Origin: Flavobacteriales bacterium
Lineage (GTDB): Bacteria; Bacteroidota; Bacteroidia; Flavobacteriales; UBA7312
Length of the DNA: 64,000 bases
Direction of reading: 5' to 3'
Assembly: GCA_965661505.1 (NCBI GenBank)
Contig: CBFIDX010000001.1
Location: 41,384-105,383, forward strand
This document shows, piece after piece, positions 20,075 to 28,836 of the stretch. The notes below the pieces were generated by a model. The model saw nothing but the letters and a program-made list of their open reading frames with translations. It ran no database searches and had not been told where the DNA came from. Position 1 is the first letter of the stretch, and each line of letters begins with the position of its first letter. The position numbers and the translations under genes were made by a program.

Positions 20075-21015
20075 AAGCGAATTAATAGTGAAAAAACAAG
20101 CATGCTCAATGTACCAGTAAACATAATGACCTTCACCAAGGTACTAAGAAGACGAAAATCTTTTGAATTAGCTGCTTTCCTTAACTTAAGTATGAAAATA
20201 ACGAATGGAAAAAAAATGAAAAGGAGCACGTAAAAGAAAGCAAAAATGTCTGTCAGAAATTGAGTGTACATGATCCAGCATAGGCCTATAATGGTTATTA
20301 AGCTAAGGATGTTGACTGTTTGCTTCGCTTTAGTTAAACCCGAAACGATAGCGAATGTTTGATAGCCCATTTTTTGATCTCCTTTTAGGTCTTCTAAATC
20401 TTTGATTATTTCTCTAATCAGCGTAGTGAAAAAAGCAAACATAGCATACAAACAAATAATTTTAAAAATTGTTGCTGCATTAGCCAAGTTTAAGCTAGCG
20501 TTAGGAAGTATATCATACACACCTACAATAATCAAAACAAGAGCAGATAACAAGGCAATAAGTAGATTTCCTATTAAATAACTTCGTTTAAAATGAGTAG
20601 AATACAGCCACAAAATGCTTGCCGAAAATAAATTTATAAGCCCAAGGTTCCATATTCCTACTTGCCAGGCAAGTATAAATCCTAAGCCAACCCCGATGCC
20701 ACTTAGTAAAAAATGAAGTATAATGGCTTCTCTTCTTTTGATGCTATTACCAATTATCACTTTTCTGTCGTTCAGGTGGTCAACTTTTATATCGAAATAA
20801 TCATTGATAATATATCCTGCGGCGGCAACTAAAACAGTTGAAAAAACTAGTAGTAGAAACTGAGTTTCATTAAGGCTTAAAAAATCAAGAAAAGGAATTA
20901 ATAAAGTGTACCTTATTAGGTATTGTGTTAAAACAATAATCAGTAAGTTTTTGTACCTAATTAAGTTAAAGAAGTCTTTTAATTTTACCATCCTAAATCT
21001 TTTGGATCTGCCCAT
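20071..21015 (-). CDS. UbiA-family prenyltransferase
   Basis: 314 aa with about 8 TM segments. Asp-rich NDYFDIKVD motif. The true start may be the Met at 20991. Confidence 0.8.
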   Translation of the reverse strand: MGRSKRFRMVKLKDFFNLIRYKNLLIIVLTQYLIRYTLLIPFLDFLSLNETQFLLLVFSTVLVAAAGYIINDYFDIKVDHLNDRKVIIGNSIKRREAIILHFLLSGIGVGLGFILAWQVGIWNLGLINLFSASILWLYSTHFKRSYLIGNLLIALLSALVLIIVGVYDILPNASLNLANAATIFKIICLYAMFAFFTTLIREIIKDLEDLKGDQKMGYQTFAIVSGLTKAKQTVNILSLITIIGLCWIMYTQFLTDIFAFFYVLLFIFFPFVIFILKLRKAANSKDFRLLSTLVKVIMFTGTLSMLVFSLLIRL

Positions 21016-21503
21016 TTCATTTGTGTTCTTAAGGTTTGTTCAATAATATCTCTTACACAACCATCTCCGCCATTAAAAGGAGAAACATACTCCGAAATTT
21101 CTTTAATTTCTGTAGCGGCATCATGTGGGCAAGCAGGAAGGCCAACTTCTTGCATAACCTCTAAATCAGGGAGATCGTCTCCCATGTAAAGAATTTCTTC
21201 GGGTTTCAGTTTATACTTTAACAGCAACTCTTTATAGGCAATGATTTTGTTGCTACAAGCTAAATACACATCGCTAACTCCCAAGTGTTCAAATCGCTCT
21301 TTCACACCCTTACTGCTTCCGCCGGAAATAATTGCAATTCTATAGTTTTTCTTGAGGGCATACTGAATGGCATATCCATCACGGGTTGACATTTTTCTTA
21401 CTTGTTCTCCGTTGCCAAAAAGAGTCACAGTTCCGTCAGTGAGTACTCCGTCAACATCAAAAATGAATGTTTTTATGTTATTTAATTTTATCTTATAGTT
21501 CAT
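20985..21503 (-). CDS. kdsC: KDO 8-phosphate phosphatase (HAD superfamily, KdsC)
   Basis: 172 aa. HAD motif I FDVDGVLTDG, and a GDDLPD motif. Confidence 0.85.
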   Translation of the reverse strand: MNYKIKLNNIKTFIFDVDGVLTDGTVTLFGNGEQVRKMSTRDGYAIQYALKKNYRIAIISGGSSKGVKERFEHLGVSDVYLACSNKIIAYKELLLKYKLKPEEILYMGDDLPDLEVMQEVGLPACPHDAATEIKEISEYVSPFNGGDGCVRDIIEQTLRTQMKWADPKDLGW

Positions 21504-22246
21504 GAGCGATTAATTATGCTTTGGGTCAGTAATTTGTAAATTTCTTTTTTTTCTTTGTCTATCTCTAGTAAAAGTAGTTGTTCTTTAATTGTTTCTAGAT
21601 CCTTTCTATGTGCAGGTCCTGTCTGCGCTTTTGCAGCTGAGACATGATTTATCTTATCACTAGTTTCATTGATTAGGGGTTTAAGCATTTCAAAAGAAAT
21701 ATTATGGGTACCACATATTTCCGATGCAAACTGATACATTAGGTTGCTGAAATTACAAGCAATAACCGCCGATAGATGTAGGTATTTTCTTTGTTCAGAA
21801 GAAATAGGGTAAACATGGTCAGAAATGCTTTTGGCTAGATTTTGCAGTAAAGACATAATTTCCTTATTATTTGCTTCAATACAAATAGGAATAGTTCTAA
21901 AATCAATATTTTTATTCTTACTGAACGTTTGAAGTGGGTAAAAGACACCAGACACTTTGTTTTGAAGTGCCTCTAATGGCTTTGTTCCTGAGGTATGAAC
22001 AACTGGACCCCTTAATTTAGAAGAAATAGCGTTTATAGCGTCATCATTTATAGCAATTATTGATAGTTGAGCTTGCAAAATTTCTTGAATATTATTGGTG
22101 TATGGGCAGTTTAATTTTTCAGCAAGTACTTTGGCTGTTTCTTCAGTTCTGCTAAACACTTGAGTGATTTCATGGCCGGAACGCTGAAGTGCTAGGCTCA
22201 AATGAGTGGCTACATTGCCAGCTCCTATCATACATATTCGAGCCAT
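21500..22246 (-). CDS. Rossmann-fold DUF2520-type protein
   Basis: 248 aa. N-terminal MIGAGNVATHL dinucleotide-binding motif. 4-nt overlap with kdsC. Confidence 0.6.
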   Translation of the reverse strand: MARICMIGAGNVATHLSLALQRSGHEITQVFSRTEETAKVLAEKLNCPYTNNIQEILQAQLSIIAINDDAINAISSKLRGPVVHTSGTKPLEALQNKVSGVFYPLQTFSKNKNIDFRTIPICIEANNKEIMSLLQNLAKSISDHVYPISSEQRKYLHLSAVIACNFSNLMYQFASEICGTHNISFEMLKPLINETSDKINHVSAAKAQTGPAHRKDLETIKEQLLLLEIDKEKKEIYKLLTQSIINRS

Positions 22247-22288
22247 TTAGTTTGTGTTTTTTTCTGATTCAGACAGAACAAAATTAAG

Positions 22289-22296
22289 TAATTTTG
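22289..22296 (+). promoter_or_regulatory. Candidate -7 box (TAATTTTG) for ccsBA
   Basis: Exact TAnnTTTG match 20 nt upstream of ATG 22317. A second match, TAAATTTG, is at 22303..22310. Confidence 0.4.
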
Positions 22297-22316
22297 TACT
22301 TCTAAATTTGTGTTTC

Positions 22317-25300
22317 ATGTTCAAAATAATCAATTCGGTTCTTTTTTCAATGCGCACTATGGCGCTTTTGGTTCTTATTTTCTTCGTAGCAATAGCGTAT
22401 GCTACCTTCGTAGAAAATGATTTTGGAACACAAACTGCCAAAGCACTTGTTTACAATGCTAGATGGTTTGAAATTATAATATTCTTTCTTACGCTAAACA
22501 TGTTTGTTAATATTAGAAGGTACCAGCTATGGAAACGTGGTAAGTGGCCTGTTTTAATTTTTCACTTATCTTTTGTATTAATCGCTATTGGAGCAGGTAT
22601 TACCAGGTACATTTCTTATGAGGGCTTAATGCATATTAGAGAGGGAGAGCGAAGTAATCAAATAGTCTCTGATCAAACCTTTTTACAGCTTAAAGTGCAC
22701 GATAAACAGTTGCAATATGTGTACGATAAGCCATTGCTTTTGCATAACTATTCTGGCCCATTTTCTTTTTTGAAATCAAATGCTTTTTCTCATAAAATAG
22801 ACTTTCGAGATCACGATCTTCAAATTGACTATGTAGATTACATCCCAAATGCTATAGATACGCTTATGATAGGAGAGGGAGGGCCTATTATCCATATTGT
22901 TATGTCTGGCGCTGAAGGGCGTGAAAACTTTTACTTAAGAGAGGGGAGTGCACAACGATTTTTAGGACTTGATTTTTCTTTTGGAAAAATTCTTCCTGGC
23001 CATATTTGTTTTAAGATGGTAGAGGGTGAATTAATGATTCAATCTCCATCAAGTGCAAATTATATGAGAATGGCTGATCAAATGACTGGTGAGCTAGTAA
23101 GAGATAGTTTGCAGCCTTTAATGCTTCGATCTTTGTACCAAATAATGGGACAGAATGTAGTAGTACCAGCTTTTTATGAAAAAGCAAAGATAACCTACAC
23201 CGCTGGCGTTAATCCTGAAGGTCAGGAACTAGAAGATGTGCTAATCGTAAATGTAAAAAGTAATGGTCAAGAAAAAGAAATTCCCCTTTTTGGAGATAAA
23301 GGCTTTGTGAGTGTCAAAAATCAGTTTGAACTAGGTGGATTGTATTTTTCGTTGGCTTATGGGTCTAAACATTATAATACTCCATTTTATATTCAGCTGA
23401 ACGATTTTCAGTTAGAAAGGTACCCAGGTTCTAATAGCCCTTCATCATTTGCAAGTGAAGTTACTTTAATTGATAATGAACTTAACCAGGATCATCGAAT
23501 ATATATGAATAATGTGTTAGATTATCAAGGTTTTCGATTTTTTCAATCCTCTTATGATCAGGATGAACTAGGTACTGTGTTATCGGTAAACCATGATTTT
23601 TGGGGAACCCTTATTAGCTACTTAGGATATTTCTTTATGACTTTAGGGATGATTGCAACTTTATTTTCGAATAAAACACGCTTTTCTTCCATAAAGAAAA
23701 ACCTTTTAAAAATAAGAAATAGTAGAGGTTTCTCTATTTTATGCTTTGTCATGCTTTCTTCATCAGTATTAGCAGAAAGTAAAATAGATTCGTTACTTCA
23801 GGCCCAAGCACTCCCTTCTGAACAAGCCGAGTCGTTTGGTATGTTGGTAGTACAAGATCAGGGGGGTAGAATGAAGCCCGTCAATACTTTAGCCTCGGAA
23901 GTATTGAGGAAAGTAAGTCGTCAAAGTAGTTTTCAAGGTTTAAGTGCTAATCAAGTTTTGCTTGGTATGGCTCAAAATCCATATTTATGGCAACTAGCCC
24001 CAATGATTAAAGTAAATCATGAAGGCTTACGAGAGCAGCTTGGCCTTAAGGATAAATACAATTCTTTTCTTTCCTTTTTTAGTGATGAAGCAAAATATGT
24101 GCTAACCGAACAAGTAGAAAAGGCTTATGCTAAAAAGCCTGCAGAAAGAAGTAAATACGATAAAGAGGTAATGGCTGTAGATGAGCGAGTAAATGTTTGT
24201 TATATGGTTTACAATGGGTCTTATTTCCGTTTTTTTCCTTTACCTGAAGACGCTAATAATACATGGTTTTCGGATAGTCAAGAAAATGTAGGTTTTCAAG
24301 GAGATGATTCACTTTTTGTCTATTCCATACTTCCTATCTATTATCAGAGTCTTTTTCAAGGACAAAAAGACGGTAACTATGAAGTTGCAGACAACACTTT
24401 GGAGGCAATTAAAAGCTATCAATTAAAATTTGGCAAAGAGGTTCTTCCTTCAAAAAACCGACTTAAGCTCGAAATATTCTACAATGAATCTCAAATTTTC
24501 AATAAACTATCCTATTCGTACGCCCTTATCGGTGTTTTTATGCTGTTCTTACTAATTGCACAAGTTTTAAAAGAAAGAAAATGGACCGCAGTTATCGTTA
24601 AAATTTGTTTTTGGCTTTTGACTTTATGTTTTATTGCTCATACCTTTGGGCTGGCAGCAAGATGGATTATATCCAATCACGCTCCATGGAGTAATGCCTA
24701 CGAAAGTGTCATTTACATTGCTTGGGCAACCATGCTTGCTGGTTATATATTTTCAAAGAAAAGCATGATGAGTATGGCAGCCACTGCCGTCTTATCTTCT
24801 CTTTTACTTATGGTAGCTGGACTGAATTGGCTAGATCCAGAAATCACCAATTTAGTTCCTGTATTAGATTCCTATTGGCTAATGATACATGTTGCAATAA
24901 TTACTGCTTCCTATGGATTTCTTGCACTGGGTGCTCTGTTGGGTTTTTTAAGCTTAATATTGATGATATTACAATCAAAATCTACTACTAAGAGAATCTT
25001 TGCTAGCCTAAAAGAATTAACCTATATCAACGAACTAAGCATTACTGTTGGTTTGTTTTTACTATCCGTTGGTACTTTTTTAGGTGGTATTTGGGCTAAT
25101 GAATCATGGGGGAGATATTGGGGATGGGATCCTAAAGAAACTTGGGCATTTGCAAGTATGCTTGTTTATATTTTTGTGCTTCATATGCGTTTTATTCCTG
25201 GTCTCAAAAGTTTGTTTGCCTTTAACTTTGCTTCGCTAATAGCTTACAGCAGCATTATAATGACATATTTTGGTGTTAACTTTTACCTTTCTGGCTTGCA

Positions 25301-25415
25301 TTCCTATGCTGCAGGAGACCCTATGCCTATTCCTTCATTTATTCCATATAGTATAGTGGTTGTAAGTATCACCTCCATACTTGCTTATTATCGTCAAAAA
25401 CAATTTAAATCATGA
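22317..25415 (+). CDS. ccsA: Fused cytochrome c biogenesis protein (ResB-like + CcsA, CcsBA)
   Basis: ResB-like N-terminal half and polytopic C-terminal half with the W-rich heme-handling motif WGRYWGWDPKETW. ATG 22317 is preferred over track start 22254 because promoter boxes lie inside the extension. Confidence 0.85.
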   Translation: MFKIINSVLFSMRTMALLVLIFFVAIAYATFVENDFGTQTAKALVYNARWFEIIIFFLTLNMFVNIRRYQLWKRGKWPVLIFHLSFVLIAIGAGITRYISYEGLMHIREGERSNQIVSDQTFLQLKVHDKQLQYVYDKPLLLHNYSGPFSFLKSNAFSHKIDFRDHDLQIDYVDYIPNAIDTLMIGEGGPIIHIVMSGAEGRENFYLREGSAQRFLGLDFSFGKILPGHICFKMVEGELMIQSPSSANYMRMADQMTGELVRDSLQPLMLRSLYQIMGQNVVVPAFYEKAKITYTAGVNPEGQELEDVLIVNVKSNGQEKEIPLFGDKGFVSVKNQFELGGLYFSLAYGSKHYNTPFYIQLNDFQLERYPGSNSPSSFASEVTLIDNELNQDHRIYMNNVLDYQGFRFFQSSYDQDELGTVLSVNHDFWGTLISYLGYFFMTLGMIATLFSNKTRFSSIKKNLLKIRNSRGFSILCFVMLSSSVLAESKIDSLLQAQALPSEQAESFGMLVVQDQGGRMKPVNTLASEVLRKVSRQSSFQGLSANQVLLGMAQNPYLWQLAPMIKVNHEGLREQLGLKDKYNSFLSFFSDEAKYVLTEQVEKAYAKKPAERSKYDKEVMAVDERVNVCYMVYNGSYFRFFPLPEDANNTWFSDSQENVGFQGDDSLFVYSILPIYYQSLFQGQKDGNYEVADNTLEAIKSYQLKFGKEVLPSKNRLKLEIFYNESQIFNKLSYSYALIGVFMLFLLIAQVLKERKWTAVIVKICFWLLTLCFIAHTFGLAARWIISNHAPWSNAYESVIYIAWATMLAGYIFSKKSMMSMAATAVLSSLLLMVAGLNWLDPEITNLVPVLDSYWLMIHVAIITASYGFLALGALLGFLSLILMILQSKSTTKRIFASLKELTYINELSITVGLFLLSVGTFLGGIWANESWGRYWGWDPKETWAFASMLVYIFVLHMRFIPGLKSLFAFNFASLIAYSSIIMTYFGVNFYLSGLHSYAAGDPMPIPSFIPYSIVVVSITSILAYYRQKQFKS

Positions 25416-25969
25416 AAATAGTTTTTATCACCATCAGCATTTTTTTAGCGTATCTTTTTTTTTCTGTTCCTAATCCTAAAATAATGAACCCGAAAAACTT
25501 TTATGAGCACGAGCTTCGCACTATTGATGGTAAGGTTTTTAAGCTGTCAAGTTTAAAAGGAAAGAAAATCATGATAGTTAATGTTGCTTCTAAATGTGGA
25601 TTAACTCCACAATACAAAGAGTTACAATCGTTATATGATGAGTATGGAGGAGAAAATTTTGAGATTTTAGCTTTTCCAGCTAATAATTTTGGGGCTCAAG
25701 AACCTGGAACCGATCAACAAATACAATCATTTTGTGATTCTAATTATGGAGTCACATTTAAGGTGTTTGAAAAAATATCTGTAAAAGGACACGATCAACA
25801 TCCTTTTTATCAATGGTTAACAAACAAGGAGTTAAATGGTTCTTTGTCTGTTTCTGTAAAATGGAATTTTCAAAAGTTTTTGATTGACGAAAATGGTAAT
25901 TTGATTGATTATTTACTTCCAACAACAAGTCCAAAATCAAAAAAGGTTATTCAATGGCTTCAACAGTAG
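25412..25969 (+). CDS. Glutathione-peroxidase-family thiol peroxidase
   Basis: Active-site VASKCGLTPQY, LAFPANNFG and WNFQKFLI motifs. ATG 25412 overlaps the ccsBA stop (ATGA) and adds a hydrophobic N-terminus. An alternative ATG at 25484 would give a cytoplasmic form. Confidence 0.85.
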   Translation: MKIVFITISIFLAYLFFSVPNPKIMNPKNFYEHELRTIDGKVFKLSSLKGKKIMIVNVASKCGLTPQYKELQSLYDEYGGENFEILAFPANNFGAQEPGTDQQIQSFCDSNYGVTFKVFEKISVKGHDQHPFYQWLTNKELNGSLSVSVKWNFQKFLIDENGNLIDYLLPTTSPKSKKVIQWLQQ

Positions 25970-26661
25970 ATATTTTAGCATTTGGTGCACATCCTGATGA
26001 TGTGGAGTTGTCATGTGGAGCTACCATTGCAAAACATGTGAAACTTGGTAAAAGGGTAGGTATAGTCGATTTAACACGAGGAGAATTAGGTACTCGAGGC
26101 AATGCAGAAATTAGGGAGGCTGAGGCTAAAAAGTCTGCCGAAATTCTTGGTGTAGAGCTACGATTAAATATGAATTTTAAGGATGGTTTTTTTCAAAACG
26201 ATGAAACACACCAGCTAGCATTGGTGAAAGTCATTCGTAAATATCGTCCAAAAATTGTTTTATGCAATGCGGTAATAGATAGACATCCTGATCATCCAAA
26301 AGGAGCTGACCTTGTTTCCACGGCTTGTTTTTTAGCAGGTTTGCAGAAAATTAAAACAGCTCAAGACTATTGGCGTCCAAAATCAGTTTATCATTACATA
26401 CAGTTTAATAATATAGAGCCTAATTTTGTAGTTGACGTATCTGATTTTATAGAAACGAAAATTGAAGCGGTTAAAGCATTTTCAACACAATTTTACGATC
26501 CAGCTTCAAAAGAACCAGAAACAATTATTTCAACTAAGAACTTCTTTGATAGTATCCGTTATAGAGCTGCTGATTTAGGAAGAGTAGCAGGTGTCGATTA
26601 TGCAGAAGGATTTACCGTCCAAAAAACACCTGTTATCGATCAATTAGATTTTTTAAAATAA
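25954..26661 (+). CDS. bshB1: Bacillithiol biosynthesis deacetylase BshB1 (LmbE/PIG-L family)
   Basis: 235 aa. AHPDDVEL and HPDH metal-binding motifs. 16-nt overlap with the gpx gene. Confidence 0.8.
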   Translation: MASTVDILAFGAHPDDVELSCGATIAKHVKLGKRVGIVDLTRGELGTRGNAEIREAEAKKSAEILGVELRLNMNFKDGFFQNDETHQLALVKVIRKYRPKIVLCNAVIDRHPDHPKGADLVSTACFLAGLQKIKTAQDYWRPKSVYHYIQFNNIEPNFVVDVSDFIETKIEAVKAFSTQFYDPASKEPETIISTKNFFDSIRYRAADLGRVAGVDYAEGFTVQKTPVIDQLDFLK

Positions 26662-26677
26662 AGAGATTATTTGGCAT

Positions 26678-26710
26678 AAAAAAAGCTGCTCTTTAGAGCA
26701 GCTTTTTTTT
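26678..26710. terminator. Bidirectional Rho-independent terminator
   Basis: aaaaaaagctgctc-ttta-gagcagctttttttt: an 8-bp GC-containing stem flanked by an A-run and a T-run, between convergent genes. Confidence 0.8.
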
Positions 26711-26724
26711 AGTCCAACAAGAGT

Positions 26725-28749
26725 TTATTTCGTCAAAACAATTTTTCCTTGTGATAAATGATTCTCAGTACTAATTTCGTAAAGATATACTCCATTAGAT
26801 AAATCACTTAAGTCAATCTTTTCAGAGTAGATGCCTGGGTTTTGATTTCCATATTGATTTTCGAAAACGATTTTTCCATTTAGGTCTTTAACGCTGATAG
26901 ATGTATTAGTGTTCACATTTAATGTATAGGATATTTGTACCATTCCATTAGAAGGATTAGGATACACCATGGTATTGTATTTTACACTTTCTTCAAGATT
27001 TGATATCCATGTTCCAAAATTTGCAGAAATTTCAAAAGCGTTACCATTAGTATACCATTGTTCTCCTGGAATATAAATAATGGATTCCCAAGGGTATCTC
27101 AGTGTAGATTCATCGTCTCTAATTCTAATTTCGTTAATTCCGCCACTATTGTACATTTCTAGACATATATAATAAGATCCAGGGTTTAATGATCTGTCTT
27201 GTATATTGCCATTTATCATGACAGGGATAGGAATAGTTGCACTATTATTATCAACGTCATCTTGGGTGATTAGATAAAAATTCGAGGTAATAATAGGATT
27301 TTCTACTGATGCGCTGTAAAAGCCTACAGTGTCAAAAACAGTGACAATAATGCCGCCCCCTGGAACAGTATTGTATTGATCATTAGTAGAAGTGTTTAAT
27401 CCAACAGTAACTGAAGATAAATCATCAGCTTCTATTAATGAGATAAGGTTAGCCATTTTAAATCCGTCGTCTCCTCCATCAAAGAACCCAGTTCCAGTTA
27501 CGTCAAGATCGTTACTCAATGGGTTAAATGGGCTAAAAACGCTATCGCTTACAATAAAGCTTTTAAATAATTCATTATCAAAAGGGGAGGAATCTGTAGT
27601 GTCACTATTTATGGAATAGCTTATGTTGTATTGATTAGTAGCAGTTGGAATAAACTTATTTGACTGATATAAGAATGTGTCCTGATTGCTTGGAAGGGCA
27701 TAGGCAAAATACTCTGTATTAGTATATACGTTAGTTCCAGAAGCGTCATTTACAACTATTTCAGTATTGAATGTTTGGTCAGCAGAACCAAAATTTAAGC
27801 ATCCAAAACCAAAAGAAATACTATCTAACTGATTTAAAGGTATTTGCCCCACATAGTCTCTTAATTCAATGCCATAATAGGAGTTAATAATATCATTATT
27901 GTCATAACGGAAGTCGTTAGTGTATAGTCTTAAATCGTAGCTTGGTAATTCTGATAGCTCGATGTCATCCATTTGCCAAAAGTAATAGCCTGTACCATTG
28001 GCATTTCCATCCGTTGCTCCTTCAAAAATAAATTGCATTTGAGCATTTGATGCTCCACCAATGTAAGCACTTACGTTCACTAATTCAACATTGTTGGTAT
28101 CTGTTGATTCATTAACTTCCAATGCATGAATTTCTAATGTGTCAGGCCATGTTTGTCCGCCATCCGTGCTAAATGCAACAAAAGTTTGTCCGAAGAAACT
28201 TCTGTGGTAGGTGTTCATCTTTAACTGTAAATCTGGATAGTTAGAGCAGTCAATGATATCAGTAGTTAAACAACCAACATGAGGGGTTGGAGCTGGGCCC
28301 GCTCCCATTGCAGTATTACCGTTATCTAAAAAGTCAGAATCGAAAATGATAAAACCATCCGATGCTGTAGGTGAAGTTATAGCAAGGTTTGTGGTATATA
28401 GCCCAACCGACCCTTGATTAAAATTTGGTGTCGTATTTGGGCCTCTATATTCCCACCCATATACTGGAGGGTTTTGTGTTTGATCCGGAAAAGATACTTG
28501 AACACCATTAGAATTGGTGTAGTATCCATTGAAAGACCAAGTGTTTGGAATACCATTTGAGAAACTCTCAGACCATATGACGTTTCTCTGAGTGTTTTGC
28601 ATATACAAAGCATTATATGGCTTTTTGTTTGTTTTTAAAGGTTCGTACAGCTGTATAGAATTATCTGCTGCGAGAGGGGTGTAAAATTGCTGGGCATTCA
28701 CATTAGTGATTAAAGCACAGGCTACTAGTAAAAATAAAATTCTTTTCAT
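26725..28749 (-). CDS. Secreted protein with T9SS type A C-terminal sorting domain (paralogue 1)
   Basis: 674 aa. Signal peptide ending NVNAQQ. C-terminus VYPNPSNGMVQISY...GVYLYEI...GKIVLTK is typical of type A CTDs. The body aligns with the upstream paralogue. Confidence 0.8.
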   Translation of the reverse strand: MKRILFLLVACALITNVNAQQFYTPLAADNSIQLYEPLKTNKKPYNALYMQNTQRNVIWSESFSNGIPNTWSFNGYYTNSNGVQVSFPDQTQNPPVYGWEYRGPNTTPNFNQGSVGLYTTNLAITSPTASDGFIIFDSDFLDNGNTAMGAGPAPTPHVGCLTTDIIDCSNYPDLQLKMNTYHRSFFGQTFVAFSTDGGQTWPDTLEIHALEVNESTDTNNVELVNVSAYIGGASNAQMQFIFEGATDGNANGTGYYFWQMDDIELSELPSYDLRLYTNDFRYDNNDIINSYYGIELRDYVGQIPLNQLDSISFGFGCLNFGSADQTFNTEIVVNDASGTNVYTNTEYFAYALPSNQDTFLYQSNKFIPTATNQYNISYSINSDTTDSSPFDNELFKSFIVSDSVFSPFNPLSNDLDVTGTGFFDGGDDGFKMANLISLIEADDLSSVTVGLNTSTNDQYNTVPGGGIIVTVFDTVGFYSASVENPIITSNFYLITQDDVDNNSATIPIPVMINGNIQDRSLNPGSYYICLEMYNSGGINEIRIRDDESTLRYPWESIIYIPGEQWYTNGNAFEISANFGTWISNLEESVKYNTMVYPNPSNGMVQISYTLNVNTNTSISVKDLNGKIVFENQYGNQNPGIYSEKIDLSDLSNGVYLYEISTENHLSQGKIVLTK

Positions 28750-28774
28750 TTGTTCCGAAAGTTATAGGTTTAAC

Positions 28775-28782
28775 CAAATTTA
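28775..28782 (-). promoter_or_regulatory. Candidate -7 box (TAAATTTG) for paralogue 1
   Basis: Exact TAnnTTTG match on the minus strand, 25 nt upstream of ATG 28749. Confidence 0.45.
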
Positions 28783-28783
28783 C

Positions 28784-28814
28784 AAAAAAAAAGGAGGCTA
28801 CCAAGTAGCCTCCT
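28784..28814 (-). terminator. Rho-independent terminator after paralogue 2
   Basis: The minus strand reads aggaggcta-cttgg-tagcctcct followed by a run of 8 T. Confidence 0.8.
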
Positions 28815-28836
28815 TTCTTAATTAAAAATCTAGTAA

